DNA of 64,000 nt, from the NCBI GenBank assembly GCA_965228165.1, contig CBDDHB010000002.1, forward strand, positions 708,449 to 772,448, in the 5' to 3' direction. The notes under the pieces were generated by a model. That model worked only from the letters and a program-made list of their open reading frames with translations. It searched no databases and was not told where the DNA came from. The DNA is from Rhodospirillaceae bacterium. Lineage in GTDB: Bacteria; Pseudomonadota; Alphaproteobacteria; Rhodospirillales; Rhodospirillaceae. A program made the translations under genes and the position numbers. How positions within the stretch are numbered: position 1 is the first letter of the stretch; every line of letters starts with the position of its first letter. Positions 9,766 through 21,229 of this stretch are shown one piece after another.

Positions 9766-11184
9766 CTAATCGACGTTCACCGCCAGACGCTCGCCGCCCC
9801 GCAAAATCTCCACCCGCCAGCCCTTGGAGCCCTGGCCGAGGATTTTCACCGCAGCGGCGACGGCATCGACGCGGCGACGGTTGATCATATCCACCCGGTC
9901 GCCGGGACGAAAGCCCAGCCGCGCCGCGATCGAACCGCGCGCCACCCCGACGATCACCACTCCGCCCTTGCCCAGCGACAGGCCGGTTTCCTCGGCCAGC
10001 GCCGGGTTGAGGTTGGCGATCTCCGCCCCCGCCAGCGGATTGCGCCCGGCGATCAGGGTGGCGTCGCGCGGCGGGGTTTCCGGAGGCTCGATCAGCCGCA
10101 CCGTCAGGGACAGGCGCTCGCCGCGCCGCATCACGACCAGCGTCGCGTCGGCCCCCACCGGAACCGTCGCCAGACGATAGCGCAGGGCGGCGGCGTCCTG
10201 CACCTCGCACCCGTTGATCGACAGCACCACGTCGCCGTTTTTCAGCCCGGCGCGGTCCGCCGGACCGCCCGGATAGACGTCGTCGATCATCGCGCCGAAG
10301 GGATGGCTCAGTCCCAGGCTTTCCGCCGCGTCGGCGGCCAGGGTCTCGCCGCTCGCCTCCAGCCAGGAGCGTACCGGGCGCCCGTGCGCCAGGATGCCGC
10401 GACTGACCGCCATCACCATCGGGCTGGGAATCGCGAAGCCGATGCCGATCGACCCCGCCCCGCCCTTGCTGTAGATCGCCGAATTGATGCCGACCAGACG
10501 CCCCCGCATGTCGATCAGCGCGCCGCCGGAGTTGCCGGGATTGATCGCCGCGTCGGTCTGGATGAAAAAGCCGTAGTCCGACACCCCGACCGAGGTCCGC
10601 GCCAGGGCGGAAACGATGCCCGAGGTCACCGTCTGGTTGAAGCCGAAGGGGTTGCCGATGGCGAGCACCAGGTCCCCCACCTGAAGCGCGTCGGCGTCGC
10701 CGAACTCCAGATAGGGCAGACGCTGCCCGCCGGTATCGATCTTCAGCACCGCGATGTCGGTCTTGGCGTCCCGCCCGACGATCGCGGCGGGGAACTCCCG
10801 CCGGTCGGACAGGACCACGGTGATTTCGTCCGCGCCCTCGATGACGTGGGTGTTGGTGACGATCACCCCGGTTTCGCCGACGATCACCCCCGACCCCAGG
10901 GAATTTTCCACCCGCTCGCGCGGCACCGACTGGCCGAAGCCGAACTGATCGCCGAAGAACTGCCGCAGAAAGGGGTCGTTGATGAACGGATTCACCCGCT
11001 CGCGCACCGTCACCACCTTGCGGGTATAGATGTTGACCACCGCCGGAGCGGCGCGCGCCACCAGCGGTGCGAAGGAGAGCGCGATCTCCGCCCGGTCGGC
11101 GGGGACCTTGGGCTCGGCGGCGAAAGCGGCGGCGGGCAGCAGCGCGGCGACCAGCGCGATGAAAAGCCTGCGAACGGTGCGCAT
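9766..11184 (-). CDS. DegQ/HtrA periplasmic serine protease with two PDZ domains
   Basis: Signal peptide, catalytic triad motifs TNTHV, TDIAVL and QTDAAINPGNSGG, and PDZ repeats. Confidence 0.92.
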   Translation of the reverse strand: MRTVRRLFIALVAALLPAAAFAAEPKVPADRAEIALSFAPLVARAAPAVVNIYTRKVVTVRERVNPFINDPFLRQFFGDQFGFGQSVPRERVENSLGSGVIVGETGVIVTNTHVIEGADEITVVLSDRREFPAAIVGRDAKTDIAVLKIDTGGQRLPYLEFGDADALQVGDLVLAIGNPFGFNQTVTSGIVSALARTSVGVSDYGFFIQTDAAINPGNSGGALIDMRGRLVGINSAIYSKGGAGSIGIGFAIPSPMVMAVSRGILAHGRPVRSWLEASGETLAADAAESLGLSHPFGAMIDDVYPGGPADRAGLKNGDVVLSINGCEVQDAAALRYRLATVPVGADATLVVMRRGERLSLTVRLIEPPETPPRDATLIAGRNPLAGAEIANLNPALAEETGLSLGKGGVVIVGVARGSIAARLGFRPGDRVDMINRRRVDAVAAAVKILGQGSKGWRVEILRGGERLAVNVD

Positions 11185-11211
11185 CGGCGATCTCCCTTCC
11201 CGGAAACGGCA

Positions 11212-11235
11212 AAGGCGGCCCTTAAGGGCCGCCTT
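11212..11235 (-). terminator. Palindromic hairpin after rplQ
   Basis: Perfect 24-bp palindrome AAGGCGGCCCTTAAGGGCCGCCTT. Confidence 0.7.
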
Positions 11236-11276
11236 CACGACAGTGCCTCGGGGCCCAGGCCCCCTGCCGGAGCGGC

Positions 11277-11699
11277 TTACGCCTCGGCGGCTTCCTCGGC
11301 CTTCTCCTGGGTCGGACCGGAGTCCTTGCCCTTGGCGGCGGGATCGCGGTCGATCAGCTCGATCACCGCCATCGGCGCGCAGTCGCCGTAGCGGAAGCCC
11401 GCCTTCAGCACCCGGCAATAGCCGCCCTGGCGACCGGCGTAACGGTCCTTCAGCACCGAGAACAGCTTCGCCACCACGGCATCGTCGCGCAGCTGCGCGA
11501 AGGCCTGACGGCGGGCGTGCAGGTCGCCGCGCTTGCCGAGGGTGATCAGCTTTTCGACGATCGGACGCAAATCCTTCGCCTTCGGCAGCGTGGTGGTGAT
11601 CTGTTCGTGCTTCAGAAGCGCGGCCGCCATGTTGGCGAACATCGCGCCACGGTGGGCACTGGTGCGGTTGAACTTACGGCCACCCATGCGATGACGCAT
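11277..11699 (-). CDS. rplQ: 50S ribosomal protein L17
   Basis: [12 protein letters not shown]...ITTTLPKAK...[10 protein letters not shown]. Confidence 0.97.
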   Translation of the reverse strand: MRHRMGGRKFNRTSAHRGAMFANMAAALLKHEQITTTLPKAKDLRPIVEKLITLGKRGDLHARRQAFAQLRDDAVVAKLFSVLKDRYAGRQGGYCRVLKAGFRYGDCAPMAVIELIDRDPAAKGKDSGPTQEKAEEAAEA

Positions 11700-11832
11700 T
11701 GCATCCTCCTTAAAAGCTGTCGGCTCGCTCGCGAGACCGATTGTTCCTCGCGCCGCCGCCGCGAACACTGCCGGGGACGGGACGCCGGACCCCCCATGGG
11801 TCCACTCGAAACGAATGACCGGAGAAGCGCGA

Positions 11833-12849
11833 TCAGTACGGCTCTTCCAGCTTCTTCGCCAGTTCCTCGATGTTTTCCGGCGGCCAGTTCGGAATGTCCA
11901 TGCCCAGATGCAGCCCCATGGAGGCCAGAACTTCCTTGATCTCGTTCAAGGACTTGCGGCCGAAGTTCGGGGTGCGCAGCATCTCGGTCTCGGTCTTCTG
12001 GACCAGATCGCCGATGTAGATGATGTTGTCGTTCTTGAGACAGTTGGCGGAGCGCACCGAAAGCTCCAGTTCGTCCACCTTGCGCAGCAGGTTCTTGTTG
12101 AAGGGCAGTTCGTCCGCCTTCTCGCTTTCCGGCTGGGTCTGCGGTTCCTCGAAGTTGACGAACAGCTGCATCTGATCCTGGACGATGCGCGCCGCCAGGG
12201 CCACCGCGTCTTCCGGAGTCACCGTGCCGTCGGTGACGATGTTCATCACCAGCTTGTCGTAGTCGGTGACCTGGCCGACGCGGGTGTTGTCCACCTCGTA
12301 GGCGACTTTCAGCACCGGCGAGAAGATCGCATCCACCGGAATCAGACCGATCGGGCAATCCTCGGGACGGTTCATCGCCGCCGGAACATAGCCCTTGCCG
12401 CTGTCCACGGTGAATTCGCAGTTGAACACCGCGCCCTCGTCCAGGGTGCAGAGCACGATATCGGGGTTCATGATCTCGATATCGGCGCCCGCCTCGATCA
12501 TCCCCGCGGTGACCACGCCGGGACCGACCTTCCTCAGGCTCATCCGCTTCGGACCCTCGGCATGAAGGCGCAACGCGATGTTCTTGACGTTGAGGATGAT
12601 GTCGGTGACGTCTTCCCGCACCCCCGGAACCGACGAGAATTCGTGCAGCACGTTCTCGATCTGGATCGCGGTCACCGCCGCCCCTTGCAGGGACGACAGC
12701 AGCACGCGGCGCAGCGCGTTGCCCACGGTCATGCCGAAACCGCGCTCCAAAGGCTCGGCGATGATCTTCGCGACGCGCGTCGGATCGTCACCCGGCTCGA
12801 TGGTCAGCTTGTTCGGTTTGATCAGTTCCTGCCAATTCTTCTGAATCAC
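11833..12849 (-). CDS. rpoA: RNA polymerase alpha subunit
   Basis: GTG start ([11 protein letters not shown]) after GAGG; [30 protein letters not shown]. Confidence 0.97.
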   Translation of the reverse strand: MIQKNWQELIKPNKLTIEPGDDPTRVAKIIAEPLERGFGMTVGNALRRVLLSSLQGAAVTAIQIENVLHEFSSVPGVREDVTDIILNVKNIALRLHAEGPKRMSLRKVGPGVVTAGMIEAGADIEIMNPDIVLCTLDEGAVFNCEFTVDSGKGYVPAAMNRPEDCPIGLIPVDAIFSPVLKVAYEVDNTRVGQVTDYDKLVMNIVTDGTVTPEDAVALAARIVQDQMQLFVNFEEPQTQPESEKADELPFNKNLLRKVDELELSVRSANCLKNDNIIYIGDLVQKTETEMLRTPNFGRKSLNEIKEVLASMGLHLGMDIPNWPPENIEELAKKLEEPY

Positions 12850-12958
12850 GGAGTGCCTCATCAGACATAACGGGGAATGGTTCCCCAAAGCCGAACGGAT
12901 GAAGCGACGGGTTCCCAGAGACCCGGGAAACCGCCGCATTCATCCACGTGGAGCCTTC

Positions 12959-13351
12959 TTACACGCGCCGACGCTTGCGCGGGCGGCATCCGTTGTGCGG
13001 AATCGGGGTCACGTCGCGGATCGCGGTGATGGTGAAGCCCACCGCCTGCAACGCGCGCAGCGCCGATTCCCGGCCCGAACCCGGACCCTTGACCTCGACC
13101 TCAAGGGTCTTCATCCCGTGGTCCATGGCCTTCTTGCCGGCATCCTCGGCGGCCATCTGCGCCGCGTACGGCGTGGACTTGCGGGAACCCTTGAAGCCCA
13201 TGGTGCCCGACGACGACCAGGAAATCGCATTCCCCTGAGCGTCGGTGATGGTCACCATGGTGTTGTTGAACGACGCATTCACATGCGCCACACCGGAAAC
13301 GATATTCTTGCGTTCGCGACGACGCGGACGCGCGGCAGCTGCCTTAGCCAT
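12959..13351 (-). CDS. rpsK: 30S ribosomal protein S11
   Basis: [27 protein letters not shown]. Confidence 0.98.
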   Translation of the reverse strand: MAKAAAARPRRRERKNIVSGVAHVNASFNNTMVTITDAQGNAISWSSSGTMGFKGSRKSTPYAAQMAAEDAGKKAMDHGMKTLEVEVKGPGSGRESALRALQAVGFTITAIRDVTPIPHNGCRPRKRRRV

Positions 13352-13365
13352 GTGCCATCAGCCCC

Positions 13366-13734
13366 TTATTTCTTTTTGCCAGCGATCGGTTTGGCCGGAC
13401 CTTTGCGGGTGCGCGCATTGGTATGCGTGCGCTGACCGCGAACCGGCAGACCGCGGCGGTGACGCAGCCCACGATAGCACTTCAGGTCCATGAGCCGCTT
13501 GATGTTCATCGTCACTTCACGACGGAGGTCGCCCTCGACGGTATAATCGCCGTCGATGACCTCGCGGATGCGCAGCACTTCCTCGTCGGAAAGCTGATTC
13601 ACCCGCCGTTCGTCGGTGATGCCGACCTTGCCGCAGATCTCCTTGGCCATCTTCGGCCCAATGCCGTAGATGTAGGTCAAGGCGATCACCACGCGCTTGT
13701 TGGTCGGAATATTAACGCCTGCAATACGCGCCAA
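13366..13734 (-). CDS. rpsM: 30S ribosomal protein S13
   Basis: [26 protein letters not shown]; TTG start. Confidence 0.98.
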   Translation of the reverse strand: MARIAGVNIPTNKRVVIALTYIYGIGPKMAKEICGKVGITDERRVNQLSDEEVLRIREVIDGDYTVEGDLRREVTMNIKRLMDLKCYRGLRHRRGLPVRGQRTHTNARTRKGPAKPIAGKKK

Positions 13735-13798
13735 TGCCGCTTCTCCCTAGCACAAACCTTGGTGCCGCACCAAATCGCGGAAAATCCGAAGTCGCGGG

Positions 13799-13826
13799 AT
13801 TATACGAAGAACTTTTCCCGAGTCAA
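13799..13826 (-). promoter_or_regulatory. Sigma70 promoter of the alpha operon
   Basis: Minus strand TTGACT-N16-TATAAT about 65 nt upstream of rpsM. Confidence 0.85.
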
Positions 13827-13868
13827 CGGCTTCCACATGGGCACCGGACAATAATTCCACAACGGGCG

Positions 13869-14531
13869 TCAGCCCGCCACTGCCTCCACCAACTGCCGCG
13901 TCACGTCGCTAATCGCGGCGGCACCGTCGATGGTCTTCAACAACCCGCGCTTCGCATAGTAGGGCAGCAGCGGGGCGGTCTGGTCGTGATACGCCGCCAG
14001 ACGCGTCGCCACGGTTTCCGCGGTGTCGTCCTTGCGGCGAACGAATTCGGTCGAACCGCAGGCGTCGCAGACGCCCTCGGCCTTCGGCCGTTGAAAGGTA
14101 TCGTGGTAGCCCGCGCCGCATTTGGCGCAAGCGTACCGTCCGGTGATGCGTTCGACGATCATCGCGTCGGGAACCCGCACCTCGATCACCGCGTCGAGGC
14201 CCATCCCCTTGTCCGCCAGCATCGCGTCCAGCGCTTCCGCCTGCGGAATGGTGCGCGGGAATCCATCCAGGATGAATCCCTTGGCGCAATCCGGCTCGGC
14301 GATGCGGGAAGAGATCACCCCGACCATCACCGCGTCGGGAACCAGGCCCCCCGCCTCCATGATCGCCTTCGCCTTCAGGCCGACCTCGGTGCCCGCCTTG
14401 ACCGCGGCGCGCAGCATGTCGCCGGTGGACAGCTGCACGATGCCGAAGGCGTCCTGCAACACCCGCGCCTGCGTGCCCTTGCCGCCGCCGGGCGGGCCCA
14501 TCAGAATGATTCGCTTGCCTTCCATCTTCAT
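13869..14531 (-). CDS. adk: Adenylate kinase
   Basis: GPPGGGKGTQ, STGDMLR, LDGFPRT, and a Zn-type LID CAKC...CDAC. Confidence 0.97.
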   Translation of the reverse strand: MKMEGKRIILMGPPGGGKGTQARVLQDAFGIVQLSTGDMLRAAVKAGTEVGLKAKAIMEAGGLVPDAVMVGVISSRIAEPDCAKGFILDGFPRTIPQAEALDAMLADKGMGLDAVIEVRVPDAMIVERITGRYACAKCGAGYHDTFQRPKAEGVCDACGSTEFVRRKDDTAETVATRLAAYHDQTAPLLPYYAKRGLLKTIDGAAAISDVTRQLVEAVAG

Positions 14532-14593
14532 CGGCCGTCTCGCCCGGGTTTTCCCGGGTCGCCCCCCTGATTACGCCCTGTTGCGTCGCGCCG

Positions 14594-15949
14594 TCAGCGG
14601 CGACGGTCGCCCCGGTTCAGCCGGGATTTCTTGATCAGACCTTCGTACTGATGCGCCAGAAGATGGGACTGCACCTGCACCACCGTGTCCATGGTCACCG
14701 AGACCACGATCAACAGGCTGGTGCCGCCGAAATAGAACGGCAGGCCCCACTTGAACATCAACAGTTCGGGCAAGAGCGTCACCAACACCAGGTAGACGGC
14801 GCCGACGAAGGTCAGACGGTTGAGCACGAAACGCAGGTAGTCGGCGGTGTTCTTGCCGGGGCGGACGCCGGGAACGAATCCTCCGCCCTTCTTCAGGTTG
14901 TCGGCGGTCTCGTCCGGATTGAACACCACGGTGGTATAGAAGAAGGCGAAGAACACGATCAGCGCCGAGAAGACCACCATGTAGACCGGATTGCCGCGCG
15001 AGAACAGCGCCAGGACCGGCTGCAACCATTCCGGAGTGGAGGCCCCGGCCATCTGCGCATAGGTCACCGGCAGCCCCATCAGGGCGGAGGCGAAGATCGG
15101 CGGAATCACCCCCGAGGTATTGATCTTCAAGGGCATGTGCTGGGTGTCGCCGCCGGTCACCCGGGTGGCGGAAATCTGCCGCTTCGGATACTGGATCAAG
15201 ACTCGCCGCTGGGCGCGCTCGACATAGACGATGCCGGCGATCACCACCAGGGCCATCGCCAGGAAGCCGATGATCACGAAGGCGGGCAGCGCGCCGGTCT
15301 TGCCGAGTTCCAGGGTATGGGCCAAGGCCGCCGGAATCCCCGCGACGATACCGGCGAAAATGATCAGGGAAATGCCGTTGCCGATGCCGCGCTGGGTCAC
15401 CTGCTCGCCCAGCCACATCAGGAACATGGTGCCGCCGACCAGGGTGGTCACGGTGACCGCGCGGAAGAACAGGCCCGGCTCCATCACCGGCGAAACGCCG
15501 CCCGAGGTCGCCATGTTCTCGAGACCGGTGGAGATGCCGTAGCCCTGCGCCATGGCCAGAACCACGGTGAGATAGCGGGTCCACTGGTTGATCTTCTTGC
15601 GCCCCGCCTCGCCTTCCTTCTTCATCTGCGCCACGGAGTCCGAGGCGACTCCCAGAAGCTGCATGATGATCGAGGCCGAGATGTAGGGCATGATGCCGAG
15701 CGCCAGGATCGACATGCGCGACAGGGCGCCGCCCGCGAACATGTCGAAATTGCCTAGGATGCCGCTGCCGTGCTGCTGGAACACCTGCTCCAGCACCGAG
15801 GCGTCGATACCCGGCACCGGAACCCAGGTGCCGAGGCGATAGATCACCAGCACGAACAGGGTGAACCAGATCCGCTTCTTCAGTTCCGTCGCCTTCGACA
15901 GAACATCCCAGTTCATGTTCGAGGCGAGTTGTTCGGCAGCAGACGCCAT
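14594..15949 (-). CDS. secY: Preprotein translocase SecY
   Basis: LGIMPYISASII, GIGNGISLII, GVIPPIFA, FYFGGTSLLI. Confidence 0.98.
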   Translation of the reverse strand: MASAAEQLASNMNWDVLSKATELKKRIWFTLFVLVIYRLGTWVPVPGIDASVLEQVFQQHGSGILGNFDMFAGGALSRMSILALGIMPYISASIIMQLLGVASDSVAQMKKEGEAGRKKINQWTRYLTVVLAMAQGYGISTGLENMATSGGVSPVMEPGLFFRAVTVTTLVGGTMFLMWLGEQVTQRGIGNGISLIIFAGIVAGIPAALAHTLELGKTGALPAFVIIGFLAMALVVIAGIVYVERAQRRVLIQYPKRQISATRVTGGDTQHMPLKINTSGVIPPIFASALMGLPVTYAQMAGASTPEWLQPVLALFSRGNPVYMVVFSALIVFFAFFYTTVVFNPDETADNLKKGGGFVPGVRPGKNTADYLRFVLNRLTFVGAVYLVLVTLLPELLMFKWGLPFYFGGTSLLIVVSVTMDTVVQVQSHLLAHQYEGLIKKSRLNRGDRRR

Positions 15950-16103
15950 GTGCGAAGACCTCGGTTGCGAAAAGCCTTGAAAACCCGTCGCGGCGCCGAA
16001 CGCGCCGCGGAACCGTGGGAACGAAGACCCGCGCGGACGGCCCGCGAAGGAAAGCCGGGCTCCGGCGCGGACCTGCCGCTCCGGAGCCCCGAATGTTCGA
16101 GTC

Positions 16104-16589
16104 TTAGGCCTCGACCGGAGTCTCGACCTTCGGCGCGATCACGGCGACCGAGCCGCCCGCCTTCTCGACCGAGGCGATCGCGCCCGGGGTGGCGCCCGCC
16201 ACCTCGATCGTCACCTTGGCGGAAAGCTCGCCGGTGCCGATCAGACGCAGACCGGCCAGCGGCTTGTGGATGATCACCGCGACCTTCAGAGCCTCGGCGG
16301 TCACCGGCTGGGCCAGATCGAGCCGACCACCGTCGATCGCCTGCTGGAGGCGGGCGATGGTCAGTTCGGCGAACTCGACGCGGCCGACGTTCTTGAAGCC
16401 ACGCTTCGGCAGGCGCCGATAGATCGGCATCTGACCGCCCTCGAAGCCGTTGATGGCGACGCCGGCACGGGACTTCTGGCCCTTGACGCCGCGACCGCAG
16501 GTCTTGCCCTTGGTGCAGCCGATGCCGCGTCCCACCCGGGTGCGCGCCTTGCGGGCGCCCTGGTTGTCGGCAATCTGGTTGAGTTTCAT
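16104..16589 (-). CDS. rplO: 50S ribosomal protein L15
   Basis: [25 protein letters not shown]. Confidence 0.97.
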   Translation of the reverse strand: MKLNQIADNQGARKARTRVGRGIGCTKGKTCGRGVKGQKSRAGVAINGFEGGQMPIYRRLPKRGFKNVGRVEFAELTIARLQQAIDGGRLDLAQPVTAEALKVAVIIHKPLAGLRLIGTGELSAKVTIEVAGATPGAIASVEKAGGSVAVIAPKVETPVEA

Positions 16590-16623
16590 TTCGTTCAGAC
16601 CTTCTTTCGATGCCGAAGCCACG

Positions 16624-16809
16624 TTAGGCCTCTTCCACCTTCACCAGATGGTGGACCTTGTTGATCATGCCGCGCACCGAGGGGGTATCCTCGAGCTCGC
16701 GGGTGCGGTGCATCTTGTTGAGCCCCAGGCCCACCAGAGTCGCGCGCTGATCGGACTTGCGACCGATCGGGCTGCCGATCTGCGTGACCTTGATCGTCTT
16801 CTCGGCCAT
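16624..16809 (-). CDS. rpmD: 50S ribosomal protein L30
   Basis: [10 protein letters not shown]...LGLNK...RGMINKV. Confidence 0.97.
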   Translation of the reverse strand: MAEKTIKVTQIGSPIGRKSDQRATLVGLGLNKMHRTRELEDTPSVRGMINKVHHLVKVEEA

Positions 16810-16814
16810 CCGTC

Positions 16815-17402
16815 TTACTCCTTCACCGCGGCGACGCCGTCACGACGGCCGACAATATCGCCGACCTTCTTGCCGCGCTTGTTCGCCACCATGCGCGGCG
16901 AGTTCAACAGGGCCAGGGCATCGAAGGTCGCCTTGATCATGTTGTGGGCGTTGGCCGAACCGGTGGACTTCGCCACCACGTCCTGGACGCCCATGGTCTC
17001 GAAGATCGCGCGCATCGGGCCGCCGGCGATGATGCCGGTACCCGGCTCCGCCGAGCGGAGGATGACGCGACCCGCGCCGAAGTGACCCTGGATGTCGTGA
17101 TGCAGGGTGCGGCCTTCGCGCAGCGGCACGCGGATCATGGTGCGCTTGGCCTGGTCGGTCGCCTTGCGGATGGCTTCCGGGACCTCGCGAGCCTTGCCGG
17201 TGCCATAACCGACGCGGCCCTTCTGGTCGCCGACCACCACCAGCACCGCGAACGAGAAGCGGCGCCCGCCCTTGACCACCTTGGCCACGCGGTTGATGTG
17301 CACGAGCTTGTCGACAAACTCGTCTTCGCGGTCGCGATCGCCCCCACGTTCGGGCGAGGCGTTCTTTTGCGGACGACGTTCGGAATTCGGATTACGAGCC
17401 AT
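16815..17402 (-). CDS. rpsE: 30S ribosomal protein S5
   Basis: [24 protein letters not shown]. Confidence 0.98.
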   Translation of the reverse strand: MARNPNSERRPQKNASPERGGDRDREDEFVDKLVHINRVAKVVKGGRRFSFAVLVVVGDQKGRVGYGTGKAREVPEAIRKATDQAKRTMIRVPLREGRTLHHDIQGHFGAGRVILRSAEPGTGIIAGGPMRAIFETMGVQDVVAKSTGSANAHNMIKATFDALALLNSPRMVANKRGKKVGDIVGRRDGVAAVKE

Positions 17403-17416
17403 ACTTCTTCATCCCC

Positions 17417-17779
17417 TCAGAACTGAAGTCCGCCTTCGCGGGCCGCATCGGCCAGGGCCTTGACCCGGCCATGGAACATGTAGCCGCCGCGGTCGAAGAC
17501 CACGGTGACCACGCCCGCCGCCTTGGCGCGCGCCGCCACCAACTTGCCGACGGCTTCCGCCGCCGCCTTGTCGGAGGTCTTGGCGAGACCGTCGCGAATC
17601 TCCTTGTCCAGAGTCGACGCCGCGGCCAGGGTCACGCCCTGCACGTCGTCGATCACCTGGGCGTACATGTGCTCGTTGGTGCGGTGCACCGACAGGCGCG
17701 GACGACCGTCCGCCTTCTTGCGCAGGGACCAGCGGTTGCGGGCCTTGCGGCGTTCCATGAGTTCTTTTGCCGTCTTCAT
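17417..17779 (-). CDS. rplR: 50S ribosomal protein L18
   Basis: [34 protein letters not shown]. Confidence 0.97.
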   Translation of the reverse strand: MKTAKELMERRKARNRWSLRKKADGRPRLSVHRTNEHMYAQVIDDVQGVTLAAASTLDKEIRDGLAKTSDKAAAEAVGKLVAARAKAAGVVTVVFDRGGYMFHGRVKALADAAREGGLQF

Positions 17780-17789
17780 GATCAAGCCC

Positions 17790-18323
17790 TTACTTCTTCT
17801 TGCCTTCCTTGCGCAGGATGGTCTCGTCCGAGTACTTCACGCCCTTGCCCTTATAGGGTTCCGGCGAACGGTACGAACGGATTTCAGACGCCACCTGCCC
17901 GACGCGCTGCTTGTCGTTGCCCGAAATCTCGATCTGGGTCGGCTGCGGACACACGATGGTGATGCCGTCCGGGATCGGGAAATCGACGTCGTGGGAAAAG
18001 CCCAGCGCCAGCTTCAGGGTCTTGCCCTGCACCGACGCGCGGTAACCCACGCCAACGATGTCCAGCTTCCTCGTGTAGCCTTCGCCGACGCCCTTGACCA
18101 GATTGTTGATCCGAGCGCGGGCGGTGCCCCACATCGCCCGCGCGAACTTCGATTCGCTGCGGGGCTTCACGTAAACCTTGCCGTCCTCGAGCTTCGCCTC
18201 GACGTCGTCCACGACGTCGAAGGAGAGCTCGCCGAACTTACCCTTGGCGTGCACGGTCTTTCCAACGATGGAGACCGTCACGCCGGCCGGCACCACGACC
18301 GGATATTTGCCAACTCGCGACAT
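17790..18323 (-). CDS. rplF: 50S ribosomal protein L6
   Basis: [17 protein letters not shown]. Confidence 0.98.
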   Translation of the reverse strand: MSRVGKYPVVVPAGVTVSIVGKTVHAKGKFGELSFDVVDDVEAKLEDGKVYVKPRSESKFARAMWGTARARINNLVKGVGEGYTRKLDIVGVGYRASVQGKTLKLALGFSHDVDFPIPDGITIVCPQPTQIEISGNDKQRVGQVASEIRSYRSPEPYKGKGVKYSDETILRKEGKKK

Positions 18324-18336
18324 GACTGCCCCTTCC

Positions 18337-18735
18337 TTAGAACACCTTGCACAGGACTTCGCCGCCGACGTTCGCCTGGCGGGCTTCGAAGTCCGACATC
18401 ACGCCGCGCGGCGTGGAGAGGATCGAAATCCCCAGCCCGTTGTAGACGCGCGGCAAGTCCTTGGCGCCGGAATAGACGCGCCGACCGGGGGTGGAAACCC
18501 GCGCGATCTGCGAAATCACCGGAGCGCCTTCATGGTACTTCAGCTCGATCTTGAGTTCGGAGACGCCCTTGCGCACCTCGACCTCTTCGTAGCCGCGGAT
18601 GTAACCTTCCCGCACCAGAACGTCCAGGACGCTCTTGCGGAAACGCGAAGCCGGGGCGGCGACCGAAGTCTTGCGCGCCCGCTGGCCGTTGCGGATGCGG
18701 GTCAGCATATCCGCCAAAGGATCTGTCATCGACAT
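18337..18735 (-). CDS. rpsH: 30S ribosomal protein S8
   Basis: [19 protein letters not shown]. Confidence 0.98.
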   Translation of the reverse strand: MSMTDPLADMLTRIRNGQRARKTSVAAPASRFRKSVLDVLVREGYIRGYEEVEVRKGVSELKIELKYHEGAPVISQIARVSTPGRRVYSGAKDLPRVYNGLGISILSTPRGVMSDFEARQANVGGEVLCKVF

Positions 18736-18748
18736 GGATGCGCCCTCC

Positions 18749-19054
18749 TTACCAGCTCGACTTCGTCATGCCGGGGATCTGGCCGAACGAGGCCAGGTCG
18801 CGCAGCATCACGCGGCCAAGTTTGAACTTGCGGTAGGTACCGCGGGAACGCCCCGTCAGATCGCAGCGGTTGCGCTGACGCACCGGCGACGCGTTGCGCG
18901 CCACCTCGGCCAGCTTGATCGTCGCTTCGAAACGTTCTTCCGGCGTGACATCGCGGTTCATCGTGATCGCCTTCAGACGCGCCCGGCGCCCGGCGGCCTT
19001 CGCCGCCATACGGATGCGCTTCTTGTTGCGCTCGACAGCACTGGTTTTCGCCAT
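18749..19054 (-). CDS. rpsN: 30S ribosomal protein S14 (long, non-zinc form)
   Basis: [20 protein letters not shown]. Confidence 0.97.
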   Translation of the reverse strand: MAKTSAVERNKKRIRMAAKAAGRRARLKAITMNRDVTPEERFEATIKLAEVARNASPVRQRNRCDLTGRSRGTYRKFKLGRVMLRDLASFGQIPGMTKSSW

Positions 19055-19070
19055 GGTTGCTCTCCCGGCC

Positions 19071-19613
19071 TTATTTGGCGAACGGCATGTTGAACCCGGT
19101 GAGGAGCGCCTTGGCTTCCTCGTCGGTCCCAGCCGTCGTGCAGATGATGATGTCCATGCCTCGAACCGTGTCGACTTGGTCGTACTCGATTTCCGGGAAG
19201 ACGATCTGTTCCTTCAGGCCGAACGCGAAGTTGCCGCGCCCGTCGAAGCACTTGCCGCGAATGCCGCGAAAATCACGGACGCGCGGCAGGGCGATGTTGA
19301 CCAGACGGTCAAGGAACTCGTACATGCGGTCCTTGCGGAGCGTCACCTTGCAGCCGATCGCCATGCCTTCGCGCAGCTTGAAGGTCGCGACCGAAATCCG
19401 GGCCTTGGTGATCACCGGCTTCTGTCCGGCGATCAGCCCCATTTCCTTGGCCGCGCCCTGAACCTTCTTCTGGTCGGCGACGGCTTCGCCGAGACCCATG
19501 TTGAGGACGATCTTGGTCAGCTTCGGCACCATCATCGGATTGGTGTAGCCGAACTTGTCCTGCAATTCCTTGCGAACCACGTTGTCGTAGTGTTCGCGCA
19601 AACGAGCAGCCAT
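19071..19613 (-). CDS. rplE: 50S ribosomal protein L5
   Basis: [23 protein letters not shown]. Confidence 0.98.
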   Translation of the reverse strand: MAARLREHYDNVVRKELQDKFGYTNPMMVPKLTKIVLNMGLGEAVADQKKVQGAAKEMGLIAGQKPVITKARISVATFKLREGMAIGCKVTLRKDRMYEFLDRLVNIALPRVRDFRGIRGKCFDGRGNFAFGLKEQIVFPEIEYDQVDTVRGMDIIICTTAGTDEEAKALLTGFNMPFAK

Positions 19614-19627
19614 TGAACCCGCTCCCT

Positions 19628-19948
19628 TTACTTGTCGAGGACTTCGCCGGAAAGCTTCGCAACGCGAACCTTTCGGCCGTCTTCGATAGTCTTGAACCCG
19701 ACGCGGGTCGGCTTGCCTTCCTTGGGGTCGACATGCGCGACGTTGGAGACGTGGATCGGCGCTTCCTTTTCCACGATTCCGCCAGCCGACATCTGGCTCG
19801 GGCGAGTGTGGCGCTTGACCACGTTCACGCCCTGCACGACGACGCGGCTTTCGGTGGGAATGGCGCGAACCACTTCACCCTTCTTGCCCTTGTCCTTGCC
19901 GGTCAGCACGACCACCAGGTCGCCCTTCTTGATCTTCGCAGCCGACAT
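19628..19948 (-). CDS. rplX: 50S ribosomal protein L24
   Basis: [18 protein letters not shown] (KOW), EAPIHVSNV. Confidence 0.97.
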   Translation of the reverse strand: MSAAKIKKGDLVVVLTGKDKGKKGEVVRAIPTESRVVVQGVNVVKRHTRPSQMSAGGIVEKEAPIHVSNVAHVDPKEGKPTRVGFKTIEDGRKVRVAKLSGEVLDK

Positions 19949-20316
19949 CACAACACCTCCGGCGACAGGGAAATGATCTTCATGTAGCCCTTGGCGCGCA
20001 GTTCGCGCACCACCGGGCCGAAGATACGCGTGCCGATCGGCTCGTTCTGCTTGTTGATCAGAACCGCCGCGTTGCGGTCGAAGCGAATGACGCTGCCGTC
20101 GGGACGGCGGACTTCCTTTGCCGTGCGCACGATGACGGCGCGGTGCACATCGCCCTTCTTGACGCGACCGCGCGGGATCGCGTCCTTCACCGAGACGACG
20201 ATGATGTCGCCGACCGAGGCGAACTTGCGCTTGGCGCCGCCAAGCACCTTGATGCACTGCACCCGTCGCGCCCCCGAGTTATCGGCAACGTCCAGGTTGG
20301 TTTGCATCTGGATCAT
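19948..20316 (-). CDS. rplN: 50S ribosomal protein L14
   Basis: [24 protein letters not shown]. Confidence 0.98.
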   Translation of the reverse strand: MIQMQTNLDVADNSGARRVQCIKVLGGAKRKFASVGDIIVVSVKDAIPRGRVKKGDVHRAVIVRTAKEVRRPDGSVIRFDRNAAVLINKQNEPIGTRIFGPVVRELRAKGYMKIISLSPEVL

Positions 20317-20349
20317 GGACCGTTTCCTTTATCTAGAACGGATAAACGC

Positions 20350-20589
20350 TTATTCCGCATCCGCGGCCATGACTTCCCAGGTCTTGGTCCGGGAAATCGG
20401 GGCACATTCGCGGATACGCACCACATCGCCCACCTTGAAAACGTTGTTTTCATCGTGAGCCGCGTACTTCTTGCTACGCCGAATGAACTTCTTGTAGACG
20501 GGGTGCATGAAGCGACGCTCGACCTTGACCGTCACGGTCTTGTCGTTGCAATCGCTGACCACCACGCCCTGTAGGATACGCTTAGGCAT
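20350..20589 (-). CDS. rpsQ: 30S ribosomal protein S17
   Basis: GVVVSD..DKT, HPVYKK, PISRTK. Confidence 0.97.
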   Translation of the reverse strand: MPKRILQGVVVSDCNDKTVTVKVERRFMHPVYKKFIRRSKKYAAHDENNVFKVGDVVRIRECAPISRTKTWEVMAADAE

Positions 20590-20788
20590 TCTTTCCCACT
20601 CCGCGCTTGGCGCCCATCACCGTCTTGATGCGCGCGATGTCGCGACGCACCTCGCGCACCCGCGCCGTATTCTCCAGCTGACCGGAGGCACGCTGGAAGC
20701 GCATGTTGAACTGCTCCTTCTTCAGGGAGACCAGGTCTTCCTGAAGCTGGTCCTGCGACTTCGCGCGCAGCTCTTCCGCCTTCGCCAT
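20582..20788 (-). CDS. rpmC: 50S ribosomal protein L29
   Basis: EQFNMRFQ...[10 protein letters not shown]. Confidence 0.97.
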   Translation of the reverse strand: MAKAEELRAKSQDQLQEDLVSLKKEQFNMRFQRASGQLENTARVREVRRDIARIKTVMGAKRGVGKNA

Positions 20789-20791
20789 GGC

Positions 20792-21214
20792 TTAGACCTT
20801 CTCGGCAAACAGACGCGCGACGAAGCGGGTCTTGATCGGGAGCTTGGCCGCGGCCAATTCGAACGCCCGACGCGCCACTTCCTCGTCAACGCCGTCGACT
20901 TCAAACATGATCCGGCCCGGCTTCACCCGGCAGGCCCAGAACTCCACCGAACCCTTACCCTTGCCCTGACGGACTTCGGCGGGCTTGGCGGTCACCGGCA
21001 CGTCCGGGAACACCCGAATCCACACCCGGCCCTGACGCTTCATCTGGCGGGTGATGGCGCGACGCGCCGATTCGATCTGACGCGCGGTGACGCGATCCGG
21101 TTCCAGTGCCTTCAGGCCATAGGCCCCGAAGTTCAAATCCGATCCGCCCTTGGCCAGGCCGTGGATACGGCCCTTATGCTGCTTGCGGAACTTCGTGCGC
21201 TTTGGACTCAGCAT
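20792..21214 (-). CDS. rplP: 50S ribosomal protein L16
   Basis: [19 protein letters not shown]. Confidence 0.98.
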   Translation of the reverse strand: MLSPKRTKFRKQHKGRIHGLAKGGSDLNFGAYGLKALEPDRVTARQIESARRAITRQMKRQGRVWIRVFPDVPVTAKPAEVRQGKGKGSVEFWACRVKPGRIMFEVDGVDEEVARRAFELAAAKLPIKTRFVARLFAEKV

Positions 21215-21229
21215 CGTTTCATACCCTTC

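Noticed and set aside
13735-14594. No rpmJ, infA or rpsD in the spc/alpha region; adk follows secY
   Set aside because: This is the normal alphaproteobacterial arrangement.
15950-16103. GC-rich hairpins between rplO and secY, and similar ones at 25372-25449 and 34201-34292
   Set aside because: They are consistent with ordinary intra-operon stabilising or attenuating stems; no distinguishing motif was seen.
18749-19054. S14 without a zinc ribbon
   Set aside because: The standard long proteobacterial form.
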